A stretch of 64,000 nucleotides of DNA from Clostridiales bacterium. GTDB taxonomy: Bacteria > Bacillota > Clostridia > Christensenellales > Aristaeellaceae. Position numbers and translations under genes: made by a program. Below, piece by piece: positions 26,810 through 35,958 of the stretch. The notes beneath the pieces were generated by a model that ran no database searches, was not told where the DNA came from, and saw nothing but the letters and a program-made list of their open reading frames with translations. Position 1 is the first letter of the stretch. Each line of letters starts with the position of its first letter. The stretch covers positions 5,299 to 69,298 of the forward strand of contig SFHK01000012.1 in NCBI GenBank assembly GCA_004556395.1. Reading direction: 5' to 3'.

Positions 26810-29641
26810 TTATTCCGCATACACCGCATGCCACTTGCCCGCGTGCTCGGGCTTGATGATCACGCGAAGCGCAGCTTCCTCCGCGAGGACGGGCACCGAC
26901 GCGCTGGTTTTGAAATAGTCGCGGTCGCACACGCCCGCCTTGGGATGCTCGAAGCCGGGCAGGCGCGGAAGCGTGAACGTGCCCGGACGATCCGCCTTCA
27001 GAAGAATCAGATGCTTCACACCGTCCGCCAGACGCGACGGCTCCATCTCGGCAAAGCACAGCTCGGCCGGTTCGGAGAACAGCACGTACCGTCGGCCGTC
27101 CACCTCAATGCCGTCCGTGCCGCTTCCGGCGAAGCCGTTCAGCGTGCCCTCCGCGTTCACGCGGAAGCTGATTGCGTCGGTGGCGCGGCAGGTTACGCGA
27201 CTCCCGTTGAGCGCGGCGTTCTTCAGTTCGATTTCAATCGGCGGCAGCTCGCGCCCCTCAAGCAGGCGCCTGTCCTTTTCCTCATCGCGGAAGAAGCTGC
27301 CGTACCAGTCCTCGGCGAAGGTGCGATAATGGTTCGCCACGGTGACGCAGCCGTTTTCAAACCGGTTCATCAGATATCGCGCGCTCGCGGGTCTCGACGC
27401 GGCCTCCAGACTGTCCGGCGCGTAGGCGTTCATGCGCGAAAGAATGTCAAACAGCGTGGAAACGTCTTTGCCCGTAGACTGCGACTGATCGTCGCGCGGG
27501 CGGAAGCCCAGATAGACCGCTTCGCCCTTTCCCCTGCGGATTCGCGCGCCAACGGGACGATCGCCCAGCGTGGCCACGACCTCGGCCTCCGCGGGCACGA
27601 CCGGGTAGAACGCGTCCGGCAGCAGTCCGGTGCGCGCTTCCATGGGCGAGATTCCTTCGAACGAGCCGATGAACGTAATCTTCGCGTCCTCGCTGCGCAC
27701 GCCCGCGTTGAGCGTGGCGACGGACGCGAGCCCGAACACCTGCTGGAACGCGCCCTTGGCGCTCTCCCCGTCCTCAAAGCGCAGCGGCGCGGGGCCTGTC
27801 CACAGCAGCTTTCCGCCGCGGACGATGAAATCGGACAGCAGTTCCACCGTCTTCCGGTCTACAAACGGCTCAAACATCGCCACGACGGCGCGATACGCGC
27901 GGCCGCGCACGTGCAGAAGCGCGTCGTTCGACGGCACGGCATAGGCGAGCAGCTTTTCCTGCGTGATGTAGTCGCAATAGCCGTATTGCACCATCCAGCT
28001 GCCAAAGCGCTCCTCGGCATAGTTCAGCTGCGTGGGATACAGAACCAGCACGTCGGACAGCCGGTGCCGCAGGTTCTGCACCATGGCATGTTCAAGGCTG
28101 CCGGTGCCATACGCCGCGCCGACGGCGGCAAAGCGGCGGGACACAGACGCGGGAGAGCCCCAGTTGGCGCAGTACGCGCGGTCGAACCGGTTCAGCGCGC
28201 CCAGCGAACAGGCAAAGGCCTGCGCGTAGTAATCGCGGTCGATATTGCCGCCCTCCGGATGGTCGGTGCCCGAGCCGGTCAGGTATTCGTTCCAGCGGAA
28301 ATAGTCGCCGCAGGCGGATTGATTTTCGCGGATGGTCGAGCTCCACACATAGGGCTTGTCGTAATCGTAGCGGCAGATTTCTCGACGGTTCTGCTCCGAA
28401 AACGCGAAATCCTCAGCGAAATGGTCGCACGTGGGCGATTCCTGCCACGTGGCGTGCGCGCGAGTCATGATCGGCTTTTCAAAGATGGATTCGGCATACG
28501 CCTTCGCGTCCATCGACAGCCCCACGACGCGCTCCGACAGCATTTCAAAATAGCGCTTGCGGAACAGCACGGTGTCGTACGCGCCCGCCGCGTCCGGCCC
28601 CATCATGTGGTTGTGGAACCGGCCGTCCTCATGCTTCGTGTACAGGAAGTACACCATGTGCCCGGCAAAATCGCGGAAGCGCTCGCCGTAGCGCGCGGCG
28701 AAGGTATCGATCAGAGAATCCGTCACGTAACGGGTCTGAATCTCCGTCGGGCCGAAATGCTCCGTCAGATCCCAATCGAACTGAATGTGCATTTCATCGG
28801 AATAGAAGCCCTGATAGGAGATGCCGTTTTTCGCGTGTTTATCCAGCACCTCCTTCATGTAATCCAGCGCGTCGGGCGCGAAATAATCCTGCTCCGGCGT
28901 CTGGTATTCCGCTAAAATCATCACGCGGTCGCGCCGCAGTCCCGTCCTTCCGTGCACGGTCATGCGGTCGTAGGCATAGCCCGCGCCCGTCAGATGGTAG
29001 GAATTCTCCTCCACGCGGTACGCCGCCGTGTCCGAAATGTCGATCACGGAGTCATACGGAACGTAAAAGTCGCGTCCGTTTTCCGCGGGACGCTCGTCAA
29101 AGGCCAGCACGCGCACGCTTCGCAGCTTCAGCGCGATCGGCCCCTTGTTGTTGTACCACTGCCGCTGGCGGCGCATTTCCACGCGGTATTCGCCGTTCAC
29201 GAGCGCGCCCTCGGCCATCTGCCAGGTATAGCCGGTGTCCTTGTGCGTTTTCACATAGCCGCCGCCCAGATCCAGCGGCGAAATCACCGACGCGCCGAAC
29301 GCCATGCCATAGCGCGCCGCGTATTCGCAGATGACCCTGTAGGCCTTTATGGTCAGCGGACTGTCCGGGTAATTCTCGCGTTTGCTTCCGCCGAAGAAGA
29401 AGTCATAGGAAACCTCCACGCGCGTAACCCCGCGGGCGTGCGCGTCGCGCATGAAGGAATCCAGCGTCGTCCCCGCGGGATACAGCCCCTTCTTTTCGCC
29501 GGAAAAGCCGCGCTCCTCGTCGTCAAACAACGGCATTTCGGGATGCTCGGCAATGCGCCGAAGCTGCTTTTCGTCGGTCAGAATCAGCGTCGCCTGATGA
29601 TCATACAGGCGAAAAACCCCTTCGTCCTTGATGATATTCAT
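26810..29641 (-). CDS. large uncharacterised cytoplasmic protein (943 aa), possibly glycoside hydrolase/phosphorylase-like multidomain enzyme
   Basis: Uninterrupted ORF with coding-like composition, its own TTGAAG-17-TATAAT promoter, and no signal peptide. Start taken at the second ATG (29639-29641), with GGAGG upstream. The middle part (RGGKLLWTGPAP...GEAVYLGF) resembles the class I glutamine-amidotransferase-like middle domain of GH42/GH112 enzymes. Confidence 0.6.
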   Translation of the reverse strand: MNIIKDEGVFRLYDHQATLILTDEKQLRRIAEHPEMPLFDDEERGFSGEKKGLYPAGTTLDSFMRDAHARGVTRVEVSYDFFFGGSKRENYPDSPLTIKAYRVICEYAARYGMAFGASVISPLDLGGGYVKTHKDTGYTWQMAEGALVNGEYRVEMRRQRQWYNNKGPIALKLRSVRVLAFDERPAENGRDFYVPYDSVIDISDTAAYRVEENSYHLTGAGYAYDRMTVHGRTGLRRDRVMILAEYQTPEQDYFAPDALDYMKEVLDKHAKNGISYQGFYSDEMHIQFDWDLTEHFGPTEIQTRYVTDSLIDTFAARYGERFRDFAGHMVYFLYTKHEDGRFHNHMMGPDAAGAYDTVLFRKRYFEMLSERVVGLSMDAKAYAESIFEKPIMTRAHATWQESPTCDHFAEDFAFSEQNRREICRYDYDKPYVWSSTIRENQSACGDYFRWNEYLTGSGTDHPEGGNIDRDYYAQAFACSLGALNRFDRAYCANWGSPASVSRRFAAVGAAYGTGSLEHAMVQNLRHRLSDVLVLYPTQLNYAEERFGSWMVQYGYCDYITQEKLLAYAVPSNDALLHVRGRAYRAVVAMFEPFVDRKTVELLSDFIVRGGKLLWTGPAPLRFEDGESAKGAFQQVFGLASVATLNAGVRSEDAKITFIGSFEGISPMEARTGLLPDAFYPVVPAEAEVVATLGDRPVGARIRRGKGEAVYLGFRPRDDQSQSTGKDVSTLFDILSRMNAYAPDSLEAASRPASARYLMNRFENGCVTVANHYRTFAEDWYGSFFRDEEKDRRLLEGRELPPIEIELKNAALNGSRVTCRATDAISFRVNAEGTLNGFAGSGTDGIEVDGRRYVLFSEPAELCFAEMEPSRLADGVKHLILLKADRPGTFTLPRLPGFEHPKAGVCDRDYFKTSASVPVLAEEAALRVIIKPEHAGKWHAVYAE

Positions 29642-29665
29642 ACGCGCCTCCATCGTTTTTTCTCA

Positions 29666-29694
29666 ATTATACCGGAAATATCATCAGACTTCAA
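29666..29694 (-). promoter_or_regulatory. sigma-70-type promoter of the 943-aa orphan gene
   Basis: Minus strand TTGAAG, 17 nt, TATAAT. Confidence 0.5.
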
Positions 29695-29751
29695 GGGTAA
29701 TCATGACTGTATTCGAACAAATTCTATGCAATTTTTCCAATAGCAGGGCGT

Positions 29752-30372
29752 TCATTCCTCCCGGACAGCCGCCGCCATCCACATATGCTTGCGCGCGCCG
29801 TATTTTCCCGTGCTGTCCCTTTGAAGCCGCACGATACGGAAGCCCGAAAGAAGCACTTCCAATTCCTCCTTCGAAAAATACCGACGGGCGCAGCCGCGAG
29901 TCACGTAATAATCCGTATCAAGCCGCACATCCTCGGGCGCGGGCACGTATTCCTCCCGCGCGTTCACGCGCAGAAACAGCCAGCCGCCCGGCGCGAGCAC
30001 GCGATGAAGCTCCGCGAAAATCTCCCGCGTCTTTTGCAGCGGGAAATAGTGCAGGCAGAGATCGGCCACGACCGCTTCAAAAGTGCCTTTGCCAAACGCC
30101 ATCGGCTCCGTCAGATCGAGCCGCATCGTCTCCGCGCCCGGATAGCGCTGCTTCAGGCGATTCAGCGCCGCGTCCGAAAGATCGCAGGAGAGCACGGACG
30201 CGCACGCGCTTCGCAGAAAGCCGCTGTCCGCTCCGTCGCCCGCGCCCAGCTCGAGCACGCGCCCGGCGCGCGCCAGCACGTCCCGAAAAGTATCCAGCCA
30301 GCCGTCATAGCTCGCGTCCGCGTGCGCTCCGTTCGAATAGAGCGCGTCCCAGTAGCCGCCCACATTGTCCAT
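29752..30372 (-). CDS. class I SAM-dependent methyltransferase
   Basis: VLELGAGDGADSGFL (motif I) and LAPGGWLFL (post-II region). Start at M29 of the track ORF (MDNVGGYWDALY). Confidence 0.8.
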   Translation of the reverse strand: MDNVGGYWDALYSNGAHADASYDGWLDTFRDVLARAGRVLELGAGDGADSGFLRSACASVLSCDLSDAALNRLKQRYPGAETMRLDLTEPMAFGKGTFEAVVADLCLHYFPLQKTREIFAELHRVLAPGGWLFLRVNAREEYVPAPEDVRLDTDYYVTRGCARRYFSKEELEVLLSGFRIVRLQRDSTGKYGARKHMWMAAAVREE

Positions 30373-30541
30373 ATTGCATACCTCTCGCCGCGTTTTTTGT
30401 TTCAGTATACACCCATCCAATAAATCCTCCGCGTATTTCACGAAATTTTTTCGCACAGTGGACGGAATCCTTGATTTTATGTCATGATTCTTAACATTGT
30501 TTCTGTAAAATATTGTTAATTATACACAGGGAGGCCGTTTC

Positions 30542-30952
30542 ATGAGCGCGCACGCCATTTTACAGAAATACATGCTTCAGGAATTGACCATTCGCAACGA
30601 AATGCCCGAGCGTCCGGGCGAGCCTTTGCAGCTGAAGCCGGAGATTCGCTTTCAGGTGTTCAAGCAGTCGGAGGGCAAGCCCATCGCCGCGGAGCTGACG
30701 CTGGAAATCGGCAGCATGGACGACAACTCGCCCCTTTACATCAAGGTGAAGATGCGCGGGCTGTTCGCCGTTCTCGCCCGCGGCGAGGACGACCGGAAGC
30801 TGGACGCCGCCGATTTGCACCGGCAGGCGCTGATCATTCTGTTCAACTATGCGCGAACGCTGATTGCCGGCGCCACGCAGATGGGCGGCATGGCGCCGTT
30901 CAGCCTGCCCCCCATGAACCCGGACAACATCAACATACAGAAGCAGGACTAA
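30542..30952 (+). CDS. SecB-like (protein-export chaperone SecB family fold) protein
   Basis: 136 aa. By eye it is co-linear with E. coli SecB: LQKYMLQELTIRNEMPERP ~ FQIQRIYTKDISFEAPNAP, LYIKVKMRGLFAV ~ FLCEVQQGGIFSI, ILFNYARTLIAGATQMGGMAPFSLPPMNP ~ [29 protein letters not shown]. Confidence 0.55.
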   Translation: MSAHAILQKYMLQELTIRNEMPERPGEPLQLKPEIRFQVFKQSEGKPIAAELTLEIGSMDDNSPLYIKVKMRGLFAVLARGEDDRKLDAADLHRQALIILFNYARTLIAGATQMGGMAPFSLPPMNPDNINIQKQD

Positions 30953-30965
30953 GGAGGCTACACAC

Positions 30966-32474
30966 ATGGCACGGGAGAAGCGTTTTTCAAAGAAGGAATG
31001 GAGCTGGATCATGTACGACTGGGCCAACTCCGTATACGCCACGAACATCATGGCCGCCATTTACCCCACCATCTTCGCGTCCACCATCCCGGGCGGCGAC
31101 ATTCGCTGGGGCTACGGCACGTCCATCGCCACGTTCATCGTGGCCATCCTCGCCCCGTTCCTCGGCGCGGTGGCCGACTATAAGGGCATGAAGAAAAAGC
31201 TGTTCACGCTGTTCGCCCTGCTCGGCATCGTGTTCACGCCGCTGATGGCCGCGCTGGGCAGCTGGAAGCTGTGCCTTGTCGGCTATGTGGTTTCGCGCAT
31301 CGGCTTTTCCGGCTCGTGCCTGTTCTACGATTCCTTCCTGACCGACGTGACCACCGACGAGCGCATGGATCACGTCTCCTCGTGGGGCTACGCCATGGGC
31401 TACATCGGCGGAAGCACGATTCCCTTCGTCCTCTCCATTGCCATGCTTCTCTTCTTCGATTACAACCGCTTCTCGCAGGTCTTCTCCGTGCTGATCGTGA
31501 GCGCGTGGTGGGCGTTGTTCTCCATTCCATTCTTCCGCAACGTGAAGCAGGAGCACTATGTGGAGAAAACCGAGCCCGTCTCGCCCGCGCGCATTTTCCG
31601 AAACGTGATCGGCACGTTCAAGGAAATCTGCCTGCGCCGCGGCCTTCTGTTCTTCGTCATCGCGTATTTCTTCTACATTGACGGCGTAAACACCGTCATC
31701 TCCATTTCCACCGCCTACGGCTCGACGCTCGGCCTCGGCTCCACCGGCATGATTCTGGCGCTGCTCGTTACGCAGATTGTGGCTGTGCCCTGCTCGATCT
31801 GGTTTGCGAAGCTCTCCGCGCGGTTCTCCACGCGGAAGGCGCTGATGGGCGCTGTGATCATGTACGTGATCATCTGCTTAGTCGGCTTCTACATGGGTTT
31901 CTCGATGGAGCCCAGCCAGAAGGCCTACGAGACCGCCATCCACGCAGCCGCCCAGCCGTATGAAGCCGCCAACCCGGACAAAGCCGAAGCGCTGGAAAGC
32001 TATGTGACCCGCGCCGGCGCCGCGCTTTTGCGCGAAAATCCGGAGACGGAGCTTCAGCAGCTCGAATCCGAATGCGCCGCCCTCGAGCTTGACGGCGTAG
32101 CCCTTTCGGACGCTCTTCTGAACGCATGGCGTGAAAATACCGCGCTGGCGGAGGAATACAACGCCTGCATCCACGTTTCCACCATTCTCTTCTGGTGCAT
32201 GGCCGTGCTCGTCGGGACGGTGCAGGGCGGCATTCAGGCGGTCTCGCGCTCGTACTTCGGCAAGCTCGTTCCCAAGGAGCGCTCCAACGAATTCTTCGGC
32301 TTCTTCGACATTTTCGGCAAGTGCGCCTGCGTCATCGGCCCGGCGCTGTACGCCGTAATCGCGGAGGCCAGCGGCCGTTCCAGCTATGGCATCATCGGAA
32401 TTGCCATGCTGTTCTTCTTAGGTCTCGTCACGCTGATTCTCGGTCGCAAGGATCTGGACGCTCTGGCAAAGTAA
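30966..32474 (+). CDS. MFS transporter (UMF1/Atg22-like family) with a soluble insertion
   Basis: 502 aa with multiple TM helices. N-terminus KKEWSWIMYDWANSVYATNIM is typical of UMF1-family MFS. A ~85-aa hydrophilic helical insert spans residues ~315-400. It lies 13 nt after the SecB-like gene. Confidence 0.75.
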   Translation: MAREKRFSKKEWSWIMYDWANSVYATNIMAAIYPTIFASTIPGGDIRWGYGTSIATFIVAILAPFLGAVADYKGMKKKLFTLFALLGIVFTPLMAALGSWKLCLVGYVVSRIGFSGSCLFYDSFLTDVTTDERMDHVSSWGYAMGYIGGSTIPFVLSIAMLLFFDYNRFSQVFSVLIVSAWWALFSIPFFRNVKQEHYVEKTEPVSPARIFRNVIGTFKEICLRRGLLFFVIAYFFYIDGVNTVISISTAYGSTLGLGSTGMILALLVTQIVAVPCSIWFAKLSARFSTRKALMGAVIMYVIICLVGFYMGFSMEPSQKAYETAIHAAAQPYEAANPDKAEALESYVTRAGAALLRENPETELQQLESECAALELDGVALSDALLNAWRENTALAEEYNACIHVSTILFWCMAVLVGTVQGGIQAVSRSYFGKLVPKERSNEFFGFFDIFGKCACVIGPALYAVIAEASGRSSYGIIGIAMLFFLGLVTLILGRKDLDALAK

Positions 32475-32523
32475 TTCCCCTTCACGCAGCAGGCCGCGCG
32501 CGAGTTTTTTCCTCGCACGCGGC

Positions 32524-32766
32524 CTATTGGTTTTCCAGCTTCTCTTTTTCCCTTGCCCGCACCTGCTCCGGGTCGTTCATCACCGGCAGACCCGCCGCCA
32601 TCAGCGCGTATTTCCAGATGCGGAACCGCGCCTTGATGCGCGCCGCCTCCGGAACCTCCCCCACCTTCGGCGAACGCCCCAGCTCCCGCGCCCGCGCGAG
32701 CAGCGGCGCGAGAATCGCCCTGTCATCCGCGGTCAGCGGCTGCCCGGGCTTCCATTGTCCGTTCAT
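32524..32766 (-). CDS. small protein consisting of one homing-endonuclease-associated (HNH_repeat-like) repeat
   Basis: 80 aa, AAAGGAG RBS. LLARARELGRSPKVGEVPEAARIKARFRIWKYALMAAGL matches the repeat pattern (..ELGRxPTxxE....I..RFGSWxxALxxAGL). No nuclease domain. Confidence 0.55.
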   Translation of the reverse strand: MNGQWKPGQPLTADDRAILAPLLARARELGRSPKVGEVPEAARIKARFRIWKYALMAAGLPVMNDPEQVRAREKEKLENQ

Positions 32767-32962
32767 GGCCGACTCCTTTCCAAAAACATCATTTTCTTCT
32801 TCATTATAGCCGTTCTCCGCGCGCTGTCAAGCGCTTTTGCATGGAATCCCGATGTAAGGCATTTTCGTTCCGACTCTGTTAATTCGTATTTTTTCCTCTT
32901 GACAGCCACGCAAGTCTCCATATAATACAGTCAATGAGGATAACAGAAGGGAGGCGGCTATC

Positions 32963-33259
32963 ATGCGCCGAAGCGTTCGAATTCTGACGGGGCTTCTCTG
33001 CCTTCTGTTTGCCGCCGTTCTGCTGTCCTGCAGCGTGCTAGCGGCCGTTCACCCGCAGCACGAATGCACGGTCAAAAATTGCTGCGTCTGCGCGCTCCTT
33101 TCCAGCTGGGCGCAGGTTTTGCGCGGCATGGCGGCCGTGCTGATGATCTGGTACGCCCTGCGTCTCGCGGCGCGCGCGTTTTTCGCCGTTCATTCCGCGC
33201 GGCTGAACGATGTATCTACTGTCACGCCCGTCACGCTTAGAGTCAAGCTTTCGAATTAA
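32963..33259 (+). CDS. small membrane protein with HxxHEC-x4-CCxC motif
   Basis: 98 aa. GGGAGG RBS and a TTGACA-16-TATAAT promoter upstream. N-terminal TM/signal, then HPQHECTVKNCCVCALL, then a second hydrophobic helix. Confidence 0.55.
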   Translation: MRRSVRILTGLLCLLFAAVLLSCSVLAAVHPQHECTVKNCCVCALLSSWAQVLRGMAAVLMIWYALRLAARAFFAVHSARLNDVSTVTPVTLRVKLSN

Positions 33260-33370
33260 TTGAATCTTCGCCGCAGGCATTTTCTGCCTGTCACGGGATG
33301 GCTTTGCCGTTTTTTTCAGGCAAAAGCCCTGTTTTGTCATACCCCGAACAACTGAATGAGGTGAAGATTC

Positions 33371-34327
33371 ATGAAAAAGCTTTTCGCGCTTCTGATGGCG
33401 CTCGTATTTGCATGCACATTTCTGACCGCGGTCTGTGAGACCGCAGCGCCCCTGCGCATCGTCTGCACCACCTTTCCCCAGTACGACTGGACGCGCCAGC
33501 TTCTCGGCGACCGCACGGACGACGTAGAACTGACCCTGCTTCTTGACAACGGCATCGACCTGCACAACTATCAGCCCACGGCGGACGACATCATCAAAAT
33601 CGCCCGCAGCGACCTGTTCATTTATGTGGGCGGCGAATCGGACGCATGGGTGAACGACCTGCTGGAAACATCCCAGAATTCGCACGTAAAGGCTCTTTCC
33701 ATGCTGGCCTGCGTCGACGCGAAGGAAGAGGAAGCCGTCGAGGGCATGCAGGAGGAAGCGCACGAGTGCGGACACGCGCATCACGAAGCCGAGTACGACG
33801 AGCACGTCTGGCTCTCCCTGCGAAACGCCGAAACGATCACCCGCGCCATCGCCGACGCGCTGTGCGAGGCGGATCCCGCGCACGCGGAGACGTACTGCGC
33901 CAACGCGGACGCATATATCGCCCAGCTTGCCGATCTGGACGCGCAGTACGCCGACATGGTGCGGCATGCCGCGCGCACCGCAATTCTGTTCGCTGACCGC
34001 TTCCCGTTCCGCTATCTGGCTGACGATTACGGCCTGACCTATTACGCCGCGTTCGCGGGCTGCTCGGCGGAAACCGAGGCCAGCTTCAAAACCATCGCCT
34101 TCCTCGCAAAGAAGGTCGACGAGCTGAACCTGCCCGCCGTGCTGGCAATCGAGGGCGGAAATCACGCCATCGCCGAAACGGTCGTCGCCAGCACGCAGGC
34201 AAAAGATCAAGTGATTCTGTCCGTGAACTCCCTTCAGTCCATGACCGAAGCCGACGTACAGCGCGGCGAAAGCTACCTTAGCGTTATGACCCAGAACCTC
34301 GCGATTCTGACGCACGCGCTCAACTAA
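33371..34327 (+). CDS. znuA: metal ABC transporter substrate-binding lipoprotein (ZnuA/TroA-like, His-rich loop)
   Basis: 318 aa. Signal with VFAC lipobox-like site. Cluster A-I SBP with acidic/His-rich loop EEAHECGHAHHEAEYDEH, typical of zinc-specific members. Confidence 0.8.
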   Translation: MKKLFALLMALVFACTFLTAVCETAAPLRIVCTTFPQYDWTRQLLGDRTDDVELTLLLDNGIDLHNYQPTADDIIKIARSDLFIYVGGESDAWVNDLLETSQNSHVKALSMLACVDAKEEEAVEGMQEEAHECGHAHHEAEYDEHVWLSLRNAETITRAIADALCEADPAHAETYCANADAYIAQLADLDAQYADMVRHAARTAILFADRFPFRYLADDYGLTYYAAFAGCSAETEASFKTIAFLAKKVDELNLPAVLAIEGGNHAIAETVVASTQAKDQVILSVNSLQSMTEADVQRGESYLSVMTQNLAILTHALN

Positions 34328-34405
34328 TCCGAATTTCTCAAAGGGCGGCTGTCCGCACGGCTGCCCTCCCTCTCCTTTTAGCCTTTAGCAAAGAAGTGAT
34401 CACTC

Positions 34406-35119
34406 ATGCAAATCATCTGCAATAACATAGTCCTTGGATATGAAAATCACATTGTTTCGCAAAACATCTCCTTTTCCGTGGCGCGGGGCGAGTACCTGTG
34501 CATCGTCGGCGAAAACGGCGCGGGAAAAAGCACGCTCATGAAAGCGATTCTGGGGCTGCATCCGCCGGTTTCCGGCCAGCTTTCCTTCGGCGATGGCCTG
34601 AAGCAGAACGAAATCGGCTATCTGCCCCAGCAGACCAGCCTTCAGCGCGATTTCCCGGCTTCGGTTCAGGAGGTTGTGCTCTCCGGCTGCCTGAACCGCT
34701 GCGGCCTGCGCCCGTTTTACAACCGCGCGGAGCGCGAGCTTTCGCGCAGCCGCATGGAACGGCTCGGCGTCCTGCCCCTGCGCAATCGCTGCTATCGCGA
34801 GCTGTCCGGCGGCCAGCAGCAGCGCGTACTTCTGGCGCGCGCCCTGTGCGCCACGCGCCGGCTTCTTCTGCTGGACGAGCCGGTTTCCGGTCTTGATCCC
34901 GCCGCGACGGCAGACATGTACGCCATCATTCGCCGGCTGAACCGCGAGGACGGCATCACCGTCGTGATGATTTCCCACGACATTTCCTCCGCCGTGCGCG
35001 AAGCGGATCACATCCTGCATCTTTCCCACCACCCGCTGTTCTTCGGAACCACGGAGGAATACCTGAAAAGTGACGTAGCGAAGGCGTTTCTGCGCGCGGA
35101 GGAGGGAATCACTGCATGA
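34406..35119 (+). CDS. znuC: metal ABC transporter ATP-binding protein
   Basis: Walker A GENGAGKST, signature LSGGQQQR, Walker B LLLLDEP. Confidence 0.85.
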   Translation: MQIICNNIVLGYENHIVSQNISFSVARGEYLCIVGENGAGKSTLMKAILGLHPPVSGQLSFGDGLKQNEIGYLPQQTSLQRDFPASVQEVVLSGCLNRCGLRPFYNRAERELSRSRMERLGVLPLRNRCYRELSGGQQQRVLLARALCATRRLLLLDEPVSGLDPAATADMYAIIRRLNREDGITVVMISHDISSAVREADHILHLSHHPLFFGTTEEYLKSDVAKAFLRAEEGITA

Positions 35120-35958
35120 ACATCCTGAATACGCTGATCGAATACTTCCGGTTTCCCTTTGTGCGCTACGCGCTGATCGCGGGCGTGCTGATCGCACTGT
35201 GCTCGTCCCTGCTGGGCGTGACACTGGTGCTGAAGCGCCTTTCGTTCATCGGCGACGGTCTGTCGCACGTGGCCTTTGGCGCGATGGCCATTGCCACGGC
35301 GCTGAGCGTTTCCAGCGACATGCTGATCGTCATGCCGATCACGATTGTATGCGCCATCCTGCTTTTGCGCAGGAACGGCACGAAGAACGTGCGCGGCGAC
35401 GCGGCGCTGGCCATGCTCTCCGTGGGCGCGCTGGCGCTCGGCTATCTGGTGCTCAACGTGTTTTCCAAGTCGGCCAACCTGTCCGCCGACGTATGCTCCA
35501 CGCTGTTCGGCTCCACCTCCATCCTGACGCTGAAGCGCTACGAGGTGTGGCTGTGCGTGGGCATGTCCGCGCTGGTCGTGCTGCTGTTCACGCTCTTCTA
35601 CCACAAAATCTTCGCCGTCACCTTTGACGAATCGTTCGCTTCCGCCACGGGCACGCCGACCGGCGTGTACGACCTGCTGATCGCGATCGTAACCGCCATC
35701 GTCATCGTGCTGTCCATGAATCTGGTCGGCTCGCTGCTCACCTCGGCGCTGATCGTCTTCCCCACGCTCTCCGCCATGCACGTGTTCAAAAGCTATAAGC
35801 GCGTGGTGCTCTGCGCCGCCGCGCTGTCCGTGCTGTGCGCCGTGTCCGGCATCCTGTTTTCCATTCTCGCGTCCACGCCGGTCGGCGCAACCATTGTTGC
35901 CGCGGATCTTCTCGCGTTCCTCATCTTCTCCATCCTTGGACGACTGAAAGGAAAATGA
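35116..35958 (+). CDS. znuB: metal ABC transporter permease (ABC-3 family)
   Basis: 280 aa polytopic protein with 4-nt overlap with the ATPase gene. ABC-3/ZnuB-type sequence (SFIGDGLSHVAFGAMA). Confidence 0.85.
   Translation: MNILNTLIEYFRFPFVRYALIAGVLIALCSSLLGVTLVLKRLSFIGDGLSHVAFGAMAIATALSVSSDMLIVMPITIVCAILLLRRNGTKNVRGDAALAMLSVGALALGYLVLNVFSKSANLSADVCSTLFGSTSILTLKRYEVWLCVGMSALVVLLFTLFYHKIFAVTFDESFASATGTPTGVYDLLIAIVTAIVIVLSMNLVGSLLTSALIVFPTLSAMHVFKSYKRVVLCAAALSVLCAVSGILFSILASTPVGATIVAADLLAFLIFSILGRLKGK

Noticed and set aside
32767-33370. Zur/Fur-type operator upstream of the zinc transporter
   Set aside because: - No AT-rich 7-1-7 or 9-1-9 palindrome resembling known Zur boxes is visible.
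- Only small hairpins are present at 33270-33330.
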